Part shown: positions 1 through 11,241 of the stretch, in pieces
Layout: every line of letters begins with the position of its first letter
How positions within the stretch are numbered: the first letter of the stretch is position 1
DNA from: Planktothrix sp. GU0601_MAG3
GTDB lineage: Bacteria > Cyanobacteriota > Cyanobacteriia > Cyanobacteriales > Microcoleaceae
Direction of reading: 5' to 3'
Assembly (NCBI GenBank): GCA_035193785.1
Contig: CP136572.1
Coordinates: 3,828,578-3,892,577 of the forward strand
Length of the DNA: 64,000 nucleotides
The notes under the pieces: model-generated
Database searches by the model: none
The model's input: only the letters and a program-made list of their open reading frames with translations
What the model was told of the DNA's origin: nothing
Translations under genes and position numbers: made by a program

Positions 1-177
1 TGTTACCCATTGACCTGTGATTAATAAAATCCCTCCTAAAATGGCAAAGGTGAATAGGCAGCGATAGCTAATTAAATGCAGTGTCGGGAGGGATACAAAC
101 CGCCAGAATAAAGGCAGCAAACCATAAAAGAAAGGAGCGATAATGGCATAGACAATACCAATTAATTTCTGTCGCAT
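1..177 (-). CDS. 5' part of an EamA/DMT (RarD-like) membrane transporter, runs off the window, one frameshift
   Basis: Manual translation MRQKLIGIVYAIIAPFFYGFAAFI.../PTLHLISYRCLFTFAILGGILLITGQW, hydrophobic and similar to a RarD N-terminus. Confidence 0.45.
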   Translation of the reverse strand, partial: MRQKLIGIVYAIIAPFFYGLLPLFWRFVSLPTLHLISYRCLFTFAILGGILLITGQWVT

Positions 178-356
178 GGTGGGTTTCTCTTTAACTCTGA
201 AACCACACTAGGTAAAATCATTAGTGCAGTAACAGAGCAAAACAAAGCAGTTTAAACTGCCCTATTCTGCACCCCTCTAATTTCACTAAAAAACCTAGTT
301 AAAAAAACTAGGTTTGAGTTAAAATAAAGTTTAGAGATTAAGGATATAAACCTGAC

Positions 357-626
357 TCAATTTTCGGTTTCCAGCAAATCACTCAAATGATTAATGATAA
401 TTTCTCGGTCAGGAAAACGAGCTTTAATAATTAATTCACCTCCCATTGTTGAAATCACCTCTCGTAAATGATTAACATAGAGATCGGTTTGTTTTTCTAA
501 AAATGCTTGTTGTAATTCATTTAACTCTATTTTTTGCTTAAGTTGGGCTGTTTTTTGATCAATTTTAGCTTTTCTTTCAGGTGAAATATTATCAATGAGT
601 TGGTTAAATTTATGATGTCCTGTCAT
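357..626 (-). CDS. XRE/HigA-type antitoxin with an apparently shortened HTH
   Basis: Overlaps the toxin stop; C-terminal LEKQTDLYVNHLREVISTMGGELIIKARFPD is typical of this antitoxin family. Confidence 0.75.
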   Translation of the reverse strand: MTGHHKFNQLIDNISPERKAKIDQKTAQLKQKIELNELQQAFLEKQTDLYVNHLREVISTMGGELIIKARFPDREIIINHLSDLLETEN

Positions 627-982
627 AATAAACCCTCCTGTTGTAGTTCTTCAAGATATTGATCGTACAGTCGATCAGCGATCGGGATATACTTATCATA
701 AAACCGATTATCGCCTGTTTTATCACCTCCAATTAATAATATCGCTGTGCGTCGAGGATCGAAAGCATAAAAAATTCTCAAGGGATTTCCTCCACTTTGG
801 ATGCGTAATTCTCTGAGATGAGAATGTTTGGAAGCATTGACTCCAGAAGAATAAGGAAAGGGTAAATTAGGCCCTTTTTCTTCTAGTAACAGGACAACAC
901 TAATAATGTTATCCTGTTGGGGTTCACCCAGAACATCCCACCATTGGCGAAATTCATCGGTATATTCTATCTCCCAAGTCAC
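623..982 (-). CDS. RelE/ParE-family (HigB/Gp49-like) toxin
   Basis: GPNLPFPYSS...LRELRIQSGGNPLRIFYAFDPRRTAILLIGGDK. Confidence 0.9.
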   Translation of the reverse strand: MTWEIEYTDEFRQWWDVLGEPQQDNIISVVLLLEEKGPNLPFPYSSGVNASKHSHLRELRIQSGGNPLRIFYAFDPRRTAILLIGGDKTGDNRFYDKYIPIADRLYDQYLEELQQEGLL

Positions 983-1133
983 GTTTCTGATTTAGCTCTC
1001 TAATGTTTTCTCAATTTTAAGCTAGAATTTATTCATTATAGCAATTCACCTAAATTGATCTTTCTACCCTTGCTAATTAGACGGATTTGAGATAATATTA
1101 AAAATAGCAAGAAAAACCTAGACTTGTTAAAAA

Positions 1134-4100
1134 ATGTCTACATCTCGCAGTGTTGCCGCTACTTCTGAGGGAATCGCTAAAATTAAAGCGAGAATGGTTG
1201 AACTGGAAAAGGAAATTCCCGAAGGAAAAACGGGAAAAAGTTGCTGGACAAACGAGTATTTAGCTGGAGAAGCTAAGGTGAGTTTAGACACGGTTAAACG
1301 GTTTTTGAAAGGAATTGCTATTGATAAAGGTTATGCGATCACAATCGTAAAAGCGTTAAACTTAAAATTAGAAGATATTGTCAATATTCCCAAACCCGAA
1401 CCTGAAACCACCAAAACCTAATACTATTGACTGGCATCAAATTTGTGAATCTCGCATCGAAGCCTACGAAAAAAGCTTTCTTAAGAATAACCCGTTAACG
1501 GGGATCAATTTTTATGTGCCTTTGGGGTTAGTGGAACCGAAACGGGAACAGGAAAAACGACAAAAACAGGAAGTTAACCCAGAGGACGGGTCACAATTTT
1601 ATCAATTAGCGGAAACGGAAATTACCAAAACCTATAACGAACCTAATCAATTTTTTGAGGAGGTTTTACGACAGGGAAATAGTAAAAGTAAAGGTAAACG
1701 TTTGGCAATTATTGGGGAACCTGGGGCGGGAAAAACAACGTTATCATATCAAATTGCTCGATGGATTTTACAGGAAAATTTAGGTTATCCGATTTTAATT
1801 CGGTTGGCGGATGTTGATAAACCGATACGAGATTATTTAACTCAAAATTGGTTACGCGATGCGAAGGGAACTTTAACGGGGGTTTCGCCGGAATGGGTGG
1901 CTGGTTTTGAAAGGTTGATTACAAAAAAACAAAATTCTTCGGCGGTTAAAACCACATTTGTCCGCGAAGGCGGACATCGTTTGTGTAGCCGCGAATTGCA
2001 TTCGCCGGATACTTCTTCGGCGGATTATTCGGCGGATTATTCGGCGGATTATTCGGCGGTTGAAACCGCGTCTACACAGACAAAACCCGCCTGCGCGGGT
2101 TCGGAAATTGTGCCATTTTCTCAACAGGTTTTCTTACTCCTCGACGCCGTTGATGAAATGGGGATAACGTCACCTTTGGTAACAATTAATCAACAGTTGG
2201 CGGAAGGATGGACGCAGGGGTTACGGGTGGTGTTGACCTGTCGGTTGAATGTTTGGGAGGGGGAGAAAAACGCTTTAAGGGATTTTGATGTTTATCGCAA
2301 TTTAGATTTTAATTCCCAACAGATTCAGGAATTTATTGAACAATGGTTTAAGGATAAAACCCAGAGTCAGGAGTTATTAAAACAGTTAAAGGAAACCAAC
2401 CAAAACCGAATTAATGATTTAATTAAAAATCCCCTGCGGTTAGCGTTATTATGTCGGACTTGGAAACGGGGGCAAAAATTACCGGAAACCCAAGCGGGAC
2501 TTTATCAACGGTTGGTTAATAGTCATTATCAATGGAAGGATGAACAGAAACCGTTTCAAATTCTATTAGAGGTGCAAGAATGTCTCCATCAACAGTTAGG
2601 AGAATTAGCAAAAACGGCGATAAACCGTGAACAATTTCGGTTTCGTTTAGAGGAAAAATTTGTTGAACAGTATTTAGGAAAACCGCAACGGGAAAATTCT
2701 CTATTTGATTGGGCGTTAAAATTAGGATGGTTAAATCGGGTGGGGTTAGCATCGGTTGAGGAAAAGGATTCAGACCAAGCGGTTTATGCCTTTTTCCATC
2801 CGACGTTTCAGGAATATTTTGCAGCTTTAGGGATTAACGATTGGGATTATTTTTTACCTCGAAATCATGTCAATTGTCCGGTGGAGGGGAAAGAGTATCG
2901 GATTTTTCAACCCCAATGGAAACAGGTGATTTTATTATGGTTGGGGCGGGATGATGTGGAGTCAGTGGAGAAAGAGGCGTTTATTCAGAAGTTAGTTAGC
3001 TTTGATGATGGGTGTGGAGATAGTAATTTTTATGGGGATCGTGCCTATTTTTTAGCTGCTGCGGGAATTAATGAGTTTAAAGAATGCAGTTTATCTGATG
3101 CAATTGTAGAACGGATTGTTAAATTGGGTTATGGTGATTTTAATATTGAGGAGCGACAAGAATTGATAATATTTTTTTCTTCAATTAAGGAAGTTGTAAT
3201 GACAGTATTACTAGAGACAATAAGAGAAAAAGTGATCGCTAATTTAAGTCAAATATTAGAAAACACTGAGAATGAAGATAGTCGCAGGACGATTGCTTAT
3301 AAGTTAGGAAAAATTGCTGTTGGAAATGAGTTAGCAATAACAGCGTTAATTCGGGCTTTAGAAACCACTGAATTTGCATTTAATCGCATGAGATTTGCCG
3401 AAATTTTAGGGGAAATTGGTGTTGGGAATGAGTTAGCAATAGCAGCGTTAATTCGGATTTTAGAAACTACTGAGCTTGAATATTATCGCGTGAGATTTGC
3501 CGAAATTCTAGGAAAAATTTACCCTGGAAATGAGTTACCATTACGGGAGTTAATCAGAGTCTTAGAAACCACTAAGGATAAATATACTCGCAGGGCAATT
3601 GCCGAGAGTTTAGGGAAAATCGACCCTGGAAATGAGTTGGTAATAGGAGCGTTAATCCGAGTATTAGAAACCACTGAAGATGAAAAGATTCGCGCGGCGA
3701 TTGCCGGGAGTTTAGGAAAAATTGACCCTGGAAATAATTTAGCAATAGGGCAGTTAATCCGAGTATTAGAAACCACTGAGTTTGAAGTTATTCGCTGGAC
3801 GGTTGCCGAGAGCTTAGGGAAAATCGACCCTGGAAATGAGTTGGTAATAGGAGCGTTAATCCGAGTATTAGAAACCACTGAAGATGAAAAGATTCGCGCG
3901 GCGATTGCCGGGAGTTTAGGAAAAATTGACCCTGGAAATAATTTAGCAATAGGGCAGTTAATCCGAGTATTAGAAACCACTGAGTTTGAAGTTATTCGCT
4001 GGACGGTTGCCGAGAGCTTAGGGAAAATTGCCGTTGGGAATGGGTTAGCAATAGGAGCGTTAATTCGGTTTCTTAGAAACTACTGGGTTTGAATATACTC

Positions 4101-5603
4101 GCGGGACAGTTGCCGAGAGTTTAGGGAAAATTGACCCTGAAAATGAGTTAGCAATAGGGGCGTTAATTCGGGTCTTAGAAACCACTGAGTTTGAATTTAT
4201 TCGCGGGAAGTTTGCCGAGAGTTTAGGGAAAATTGCCGTTGGAAATGAGTTAGCAATAGCAGCGTTAATTCGGATTTTAGAAACTACTGAGTTTGAATTT
4301 ATTCGCTGGAAGGTTGCCGAGAGTTTAGGGGAAATTGGTGTTGGAAATGAGTTAGCAATAGGGGCGTTAATTCGGATTTTAGAAACTACTGAGGATAAAT
4401 ATACTCGCCGGAAGGTTGCCGAGAGTTTAGGGGAAATTGGTGTTGGAAATGAGTTAGCAATAGGGGCGTTAATTCGGTTCTTAGAAACCACTGAGTCTGA
4501 AGATACTTGCTGGACGTTTGCCAATATTTTAGGGAAAATTGCCGTTGGAAATGAGTTAGCAATAGGGGCGTTAATTCGTACTTTAGAAACCACTGAGCAG
4601 CAAAATACTCGCGAGAGGGTTGCCAATATTTTAGGGAAAATTGCTGTTGGAAATGAGTTAGCAATAGGGGCGTTAATTCGTACTTTAGAAACCACTGAGC
4701 AGCAAAATACTCGCGAGAGGGTTGCCAATATTTTAGGGAAAATTGACCCTGGGAATGAGTTAGCCATACAGGCATTAATTCAAATATTAGAAACCACTAA
4801 GAATACGAATAATCGCATGGATGTTGCCTATAGTTTAGAGAAAATTGCCATTGGAAATGAGTTAGCAATACGAGAGTTAATTCGGGTTTTAGAAACCACG
4901 AACAATAAAGATACTCGCTGGAAGGCTGCTAATAGTTTAGAGGAGATAATCAAAACAAAAAAACAATATCAATATGTAGTTTTTTCCCTCAACCATAACC
5001 TAACTGATGAAGTTTACAAGAATAATTTTGATCTCTTTTATAGATGCTATAAACTCCTCTGGAAATGCGCCCAAAATCTACCTTATCCCAAATTCTATCA
5101 AGCATGGCATCACAACACCCTCACCCCCCATCCTGAAATTGCCAATAATACCCCCGTTGGCAATACCCCAACGGTACGACAATTAGAACAACAATTCACC
5201 GATATTTGTAGCCAACTTCCTCACCTCCCCCTCCACTGCATCAACATCAATAAACTACTAACCCTCAACACCAAAAACGAATTTATCCAAGCATTTTGTA
5301 ACCGTCTTTATCAAAAACTCTTACCCGATGGAAACTCCCCCCGAAGTGCAGACCCCCGCTAACCTAGAAACCAAAATTATCCACCTGAAACAGCAACTCC
5401 AAACTCCTCATCTGTTCATTCTGTTACTCGCAGATGGGACACCCACCCCCGAAGTGATCGACTGTTGCGACTATCTCACGGACGTCTTACACCTCGGTTG
5501 GATAACTCCCGACCCCCTACCCTTACCACCCCCGCAACGTTCTTTTATGGTGTCCCAGGAGAATTTATTAGAAGCAGTTGAAAGTTGGGTTAGGGAATAT
5601 TAG
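1134..5603 (+). CDS. NLR-like STAND NTPase: N-terminal HTH, NACHT, 17 HEAT/PBS-lyase-like repeats, C-terminal domain; joined across frameshifts at about 1415, 4070 and 5340
   Basis: HTH LAGEAKVSLDTVKRFL; Walker A GEPGAGKTT; Walker B LLLDAVDE; NPLRLALLC; FFHPTFQEYFAA; 31-aa repeats continue across the frame break. Confidence 0.85.
1935..2100. repeat. Palindromic dispersed-repeat cluster inserted in frame in the NACHT domain
   Basis: Imperfect ~33-bp inverted arms at 1960-1992 and 2067-2100 around (TTCGGCGGATTA)x3; GC-rich relative to the flanks. Confidence 0.8.
3256..4940 (+). repeat. Coding tandem array of 17 x 93-bp HEAT-like repeats
   Basis: Unit LETT-xxxxx-R-xxx-AESLGKI-xx-GNELAIGALIRV; includes a near-exact 186-bp duplication. 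Confidence 0.95.
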
Positions 5604-5725
5604 TCAACTCCAGAAACCCGGTTTCTGAGAAACAATTTCTGACCTCAATGAGATAAATTGGGCGAGATTATGTTACTATTTTAGCATATAAATAAAGTCT
5701 AAAAATAATTTAATGGATCAGCACT

Positions 5726-5875
5726 ATGGCAACTAAAAAGCGTTATATCCCTTCGGAAGAATATCGTCAGATGTTAGTCCGTGATGGCGATCGCCGTTTT
5801 AAAGAATGGCATGACAAATTCTTGAAATATCAACAGCTATTTCTGGCAGATATGAACAAACACAAAGTAGGATAA
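5726..5875 (+). CDS. Small hypothetical protein (49 aa), below the ORF-track cutoff
   Basis: MATKKRYIPSEEYRQMLVRDGDRRFKEWHDKFLKYQQLFLADMNKHKVG; contains a HIP1 site. Confidence 0.55.
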   Translation: MATKKRYIPSEEYRQMLVRDGDRRFKEWHDKFLKYQQLFLADMNKHKVG

Positions 5876-6018
5876 TTTTTAGTCGAATTATTATTTTTCA
5901 GGACTTACGCACAAGACCAAAGAAATCGGGTTCATGGCCCTAATGTTGCGGATAAAATCGGTGATTTATCGTTCAGAAACCAGGTTTTTGTAGGGGCGAG
6001 GTCATCGCCCCCAATTTA

Positions 6019-6322
6019 TTACCAACTAGACTTAACCACACCGGGTAATAACCCTGCATGGGCCATTTCCCGAATGACGTTCCGAGATAATCCAAAATCC
6101 CGATAGAACCCTCTGGGGCGTCCAGTTAACCAGCAACGGTTTCTGACACGGGTTTCTGGAACTATCACGGGGGAGTTGTTGGATTTTGCGGTGAATTTCC
6201 ATTTTTTCCATTTGAGATCCAGCTTGCTCAAACTGGTCTTTCAAATCAGCGCGTTTTTCCGCATATTTTTCTACCGTTCTTTTGCGCTTATTATTGCGCT
6301 CAATCATGCTTTTTTTAGCCAT
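6019..6322 (-). CDS. rpsN: 30S ribosomal protein S14 (frameshifted)
   Basis: MAKKSMIER... joined to [23 protein letters not shown]...PGVVKSSW. Confidence 0.97.
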
Positions 6323-6352
6323 ATTAAGGCTGTTCTCCTTGTAAATAATTAT

Positions 6353-7043
6353 TTATGCTTTAGCAAGTTTCTTTCCTGCGCTGGGGACGGTTGATCCTTG
6401 AGCAGAGGGGCATAAATCAGACAATTCACAATTATAACACATTGGACTACGCGCTGTACAGACAGCCCGACCATGATAAATTAAGCGAATTGACCAATTT
6501 TCCCAATCTTCCTGGGGAATTAAAGGCATTAGATCCCGTTCAATCCGAATTGGATCACTGTGGGAAGTCAGTCCTAGCCGTTGACTCAGCCGTTTAACAT
6601 GGGTATCCACCGTCACCCCCATATTAATCCCATAGCCATGGGCTAACACCACGTTAGCGGTCTTGCGAGCCACCCCGGGGAGTTCTAACAGTTGTTCCAT
6701 CAACTTAGGCGGTTGTCCCCCGTATTTTTCCGCCAACAGTTGACAGGAGCCTTGAATATGGCGGGCTTTGTTCCGATAGAAACCCCGTTGACCGCACCAG
6801 GGTTTCTAGTTCGGTAATATCAGCTTTGGCCAGACTTTGGGCATCGGGAAACCGAGCAAATAGGGCCGGAGTCACTTGATTTACCCGTTCATCTGTGCAT
6901 TGAGCCGATAGAATTGTGGCGACTAATAATTGCACCGGAGTTTGATAATTTAAACTACAGGTTGCATCGGGATACAAGCGTTTTAGTCGCAATAAAATTT
7001 CCAGGGCGCGTTGTTTGGGGCTACGCTTTTTCTGAGTCACCAT
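6353..7043 (-). CDS. nth: Endonuclease III (frameshifted)
   Basis: LVATILSAQCTDERVN, LPGVARKTANVVL, VDTHVKR, C-x6-C-x2-C-x5-C Fe-S motif. Confidence 0.95.
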
Positions 7044-7052
7044 ATTGATTGT

Positions 7053-8157
7053 TTACTGTTGAAAGAGCGATCGCACCCAACTCAAATCCGTTAAATTAAT
7101 CGTATCTCGAATAATCAAGAAAACCCCTAATCCCAATAACAACATTAAACCCGTTTGCATCACATTTTCTTGAATTTTCTCGGGTAAGGGTTTACCGCTC
7201 AGGGCTTCAAATAACAAAAAGGCTAACTGACCGCCATCTAAAGCCGGAAGGGGTAAAATATTAATGAATGCTAAGTTAATACTAATTAACGCCGCAAATT
7301 GAAACAAATTCCACGGATCAGAACGGGCAATATCCGCCCCAAACTTGACAATTCCCACCGGGCCAGATAGCTGTTCTGCGGTTTCACTAAATCGACTAAT
7401 CAGTTGTCCAAAACCAGATGCAGTTAAGTTAATAATCCGTTGAAATTCCGTCGCCCCCTTACTTAATGCCTCCATTGGATTAGCAGCCCGATGGCGAACA
7501 ATTGTGCCATTTGCCGTTAACTGTACCCCAATCCGACCTTTCCCATCACTTGCTAAATCGGGAACTACATCAACTGATAAAACTTGATCCCGTCGTTGAA
7601 TTTTGACTGATAAAGGTTGATTTGGATGGGTTTGAATAGCCGCAATCAAGGTTTTAATTGAAGTTTCAGAAGCCCCTAATTCCTGACCATCTACAGCCAA
7701 AATAATATCTTTAGATTCAATTCCAGCCCGATGGGCGGCGGAATCTATATTTTGATTGACTTCTGCCACTCTTACCCCCGGTTTCCGGGTTAAAAGCGGG
7801 AACCCCAATAATTCCAATTTGAGTTACCAATAAAAAATAGGCAAAAATCAAATTAGCAATTACCCCGGCACTAATCACAATAGCGCGATCTAAAACCGGA
7901 CGATTACTGAGTAAATTTGGATCATTTTTCGGGATGGTACTCTCAGGATCATCATCGGGAAACCCCACATATCCCCCCAAGGGTAAACCGCGAATCGCAT
8001 ACTCGGTTTCTGGCCCTTGATATTTCCATAATATCGGGCCGAAGCCAATGGAAAAGCGATTAACATGGATATTTTGAAGACGGGCGGCTAAAAAATGCCC
8101 CAGTTCATGGACGAAAATTAATACTGCAAGAACAGCGATCGCTGCCAATATTGACAT
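7053..8157 (-). CDS. rseP: RIP metalloprotease with PDZ domain (frameshifted)
   Basis: HELGH, FSIGFGP, PLGGYV, NILPLPALDGG. Confidence 0.95.
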
Positions 8158-8328
8158 GAATAAATCCTGTAAAATGACAAGTGAGTGGTTCTAACCATTC
8201 TAATATCAGAACTCAGGTGTTGGGTATTGAGAGTTGGTTGAATAACGATAGTATGATAATCAAACGGGGGAAATTAAACGATTGACTCAAAATCCGATCG
8301 TCACCCGAAAACTGAAACCCGACAAAAT

Positions 8329-9460
8329 ATGACAACGACCCTTTCTCATACTCCCCTGTATCAAGTCTCCGTTGAACTGAATGGCCGCATGGTGCCCTTC
8401 GCAGGTTGGGAAATGGCGGTTCAATTTAGTGGAATTAACCCAGAACATCAAGCTGTCCGCCAAGCGGTGGGAATGTTTGATATCTCCCACATGGGCAAAT
8501 TTATTCTGCGGGGAGAAAACCTGATTAATGCCTTACAATCCCTTGTCCCTTCGGATTTGAGCCGTTTACAACCGGGTGAAGCCCAATATAGCACCCTCTT
8601 AAATGCCCAGGGGGGGATTTTAGACGATATTATTTTTTATGATCAGGGGATTGACCGGGTAACGAATCTGCCGCAAGGGGTGATGATTGTGAATGCGGCG
8701 ACTAAATCCCGGGATAAAGCTTGGATTATCGCCCATATTGAGGATCAGGGGGTAGTATTAGAAGACTTATCCCGAGATCAAGTCCTATTAGCGGTTCAAG
8801 GGCCCCAAGCTGAAGCCACATTACAGCCTTTTGTCGGGGATACCCTTTCGGAAGTTAAATTTTTTGGTCATATTACCACCACCGTACTCGGAAAACCAGC
8901 CTTTATCGCCCGCACCGGATACACCGGGGAAGATGGTTTTGAGGTAATGGTGGCCCCGTCCGTAGGGGTGGAGTTATGGAAAAGTTTAGCCGCGGCGGGG
9001 GTGACTCCCTGTGGTTTGGGGGCCAGAGATACCCTGCGTTTAGAAGCGGCCATGGCATTATATGGACAAGATATTAGTTTAACCACCACTCCCCTAGAAG
9101 CGGGTTTAAATTGGATTATTCATTGGGACACCAAGGGACAATTTATTGGTCGTCAAGCCCTAGAAACAGCAAAAAGCCGCCGGAGTCACTCAAAAATTAG
9201 TCGGGTTAGAAATGCAAGGACGCCATATTGCCCGTCACGGATATCCGGTTTTATTTAATGGTGAAACCGTGGGGGAAATTACCAGTGGAACCCTATCACC
9301 CACCCTAGGAAAAGCCATTTCTATGGCCTATGTTCCCACCGCCTTATCCAAAATTGGTCAATCTTTAGATATTGAAATTCGAGGCAAAACCTACCCAGCA
9401 ACGGTGGTTAAACGTCCTTTCTATCGTTCTCCTAATCGTCCCAAAAACCCCAAAACCTAA
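8329..9460 (+). CDS. gcvT: Glycine cleavage aminomethyltransferase T (frameshifted)
   Basis: GMFDISHMG, ARTGYTGEDGFE, GLGARDTLRLEA, ITSGTLSPTL. Confidence 0.96.
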
Positions 9461-9528
9461 GCCCGTTGTTGTTGCGCGTTGTTGCGCTTCAGCACTCTTA
9501 AGAATGGGCTAAAGCCCAACAACAAATA

Positions 9529-9963
9529 ATGACTGAAACCAAATTATTAATAATTGGATGGCGGGAATGGGTGGCATTACCTGGTTTGGGAATCGGAGAA
9601 ATTAAAGCTAAAATTGATACGGGGGCGCGGTCATCGAGTTTGCACGCTTTTGATATTCATATTTTGAACTTGAAGGGTCAACAACGGGTGCGGTTTAAAG
9701 TCCATCCCCGACAACGGGATACCATGAATACGGTCAGCGCTGAAGTAGACTTAATTGAATGCCGAACTGTCCGTAATTCCGGTGGACATACGGAGTTACG
9801 ACCCGTGATTTTAACGGATATTGAACTGATGGGAAAAAAATGGTTAATTGAGTTAACTTTAACAAATCGGGATGCCATGGGATTTCGGATGTTATTAGGG
9901 AGACAAGCTATTAAAGGACAGTTTCTAATTGACTGTCATCAATCCTTTTTAAGTCATTCTTAA
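9529..9963 (+). CDS. RimK-associated retropepsin-like protease (RimB-like)
   Basis: [39 protein letters not shown]; directly upstream of rimK. Confidence 0.88.
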   Translation: MTETKLLIIGWREWVALPGLGIGEIKAKIDTGARSSSLHAFDIHILNLKGQQRVRFKVHPRQRDTMNTVSAEVDLIECRTVRNSGGHTELRPVILTDIELMGKKWLIELTLTNRDAMGFRMLLGRQAIKGQFLIDCHQSFLSHS

Positions 9964-10000
9964 TAGCAGAAAACCTCAGCATTTAAGACAAAGTTTATTT

Positions 10001-10909
10001 ATGAAAATTGCAATTTTATCCCAGGATGGTTCCCTATATTCTACGAGAAGAATCAGACAAGCAGGAGAAGAACGGGGGCATCAGATGGAGATTATTGATT
10101 ATTTAAGATGTCATATTTCATTGAGTTCTCAAAGTCCAACTGTGATTTATGAAGGCAGATATTTAAAAGAATTTGATGCAATTATTCCCAGAATTGGCGC
10201 GTCAAAAACCTTTGATGGAACGGTGATTGTGCGTCAGTTTGAACTGATGGGAATATTTACCTTAAATGAATCCCAAGCCATTGCTCGTTCCCGGGATAAA
10301 TTAAATGCGTTACAAAGTTTAGCCAAAGAAAAAATTCCTTTACCTAAAACCGGATTTGCGACATCTATTAAAGATATTGATAGTTTAATTCAACAGGTGG
10401 GAGGCGCACCTTTAATTATTAAATTATTGGAAGGAACTCAGGGAATGGGGGTGATTTTAGCTGACACTTATCAATCAGCTAAATCTATTATTGAGGCGTT
10501 TCAAGGGTTGAATATTGATATTTTAGTGCAGGAATTTATCCCCGAGTCTAATGGTGAAGATTTACGATGTTTAGTGATTGGTGATAAAGTTGTGGCGGCG
10601 ATGAAACGCATCAGTAACTCGGGAGAATTTCGATCCAATTTACATCGCGGGGGGAAAGCAGAAAATGTTAAACTAACCGCAGAAGAACGGAATATGGCGA
10701 TTAAATCGGCAAAAGTTATGGGATTAAAATTAGCCGGGGTTGATTTAATTCGTTCCCATCAGGGGCCATTGGTTTTAGAAGTGAATTCATCCCCGGGACT
10801 GGAGGGAATTGAAACCGTTACGGGTGTTGATGTTTCCGATAAAATTATTGAATATTTGGAGAAAAATGCAATGAAAAGAAAAACCCAAAAAATGCAGAAT
10901 AAAATTTAA
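10001..10909 (+). CDS. rimK: RimK-family alpha-L-glutamate ligase
   Basis: [37 protein letters not shown]. Confidence 0.93.
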   Translation: MKIAILSQDGSLYSTRRIRQAGEERGHQMEIIDYLRCHISLSSQSPTVIYEGRYLKEFDAIIPRIGASKTFDGTVIVRQFELMGIFTLNESQAIARSRDKLNALQSLAKEKIPLPKTGFATSIKDIDSLIQQVGGAPLIIKLLEGTQGMGVILADTYQSAKSIIEAFQGLNIDILVQEFIPESNGEDLRCLVIGDKVVAAMKRISNSGEFRSNLHRGGKAENVKLTAEERNMAIKSAKVMGLKLAGVDLIRSHQGPLVLEVNSSPGLEGIETVTGVDVSDKIIEYLEKNAMKRKTQKMQNKI

Positions 10910-10991
10910 GCGCCTTAGAGTTGGCGGGATTCTGTTTAAATGGTGAAGATTATCAACTCTCGAACAGCAACAGACCCAAGGGTTAGCCGAA

Positions 10992-11139
10992 TATAGCGCT
11001 ACGCATTAAAGTTAGGACACTTCTAAATCCTGAAACTCATTCACTGCCTACTGTTTCCCTGCCTACTGTTCCCTGCCTACTGTTCCCTGTTCCCTGTTCC
11101 CTGTTCCCTGTTCCCTGTTCCCTAGTGCGTAGCACTATA
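10992..11139. mobile_element. MITE-like element with 14-bp terminal inverted repeats enclosing (CTGTTCC)n
   Basis: TATAGCGCTACGCA at 10992-11005 and TGCGTAGCACTATA at 11126-11139 (13/14 match). Confidence 0.55.
11045..11122 (+). repeat. Heptamer tandem repeat CTGTTCC/CTGCCTA
   Basis: Read directly from the sequence. Confidence 0.9.
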
Positions 11140-11241
11140 ACTGCCAAAATCACCGAAAGACTCGCCGTGACACGTCCCCACGGAAGCATCAACCAAACAA
11201 AACCCTAAAGATGAGAAAGGCAGGTTATAATTTGTTACGGA

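Noticed and set aside
3519..4775. Long antisense ORFs over the HEAT array
   Set aside because: Stop-free shadow frames produced by the repeated 93-bp unit
3256..4940. Diversity-generating retroelement acting on the HEAT repeats
   Set aside because: NNG/NNT variation is suggestive, but no template repeat or DGR-type RT is in the window and adjacent adenines (GAAACCACT) are conserved; kept only as a testable alternative
8158..8328. Glycine riboswitch upstream of gcvT
   Set aside because: No recognisable aptamer motifs in this short divergent intergenic region
11125..11129. Alternative intron 5' end GTGCG
   Set aside because: It belongs to the MITE-like inverted terminus, and EBS1 matches only the exon preceding 11242
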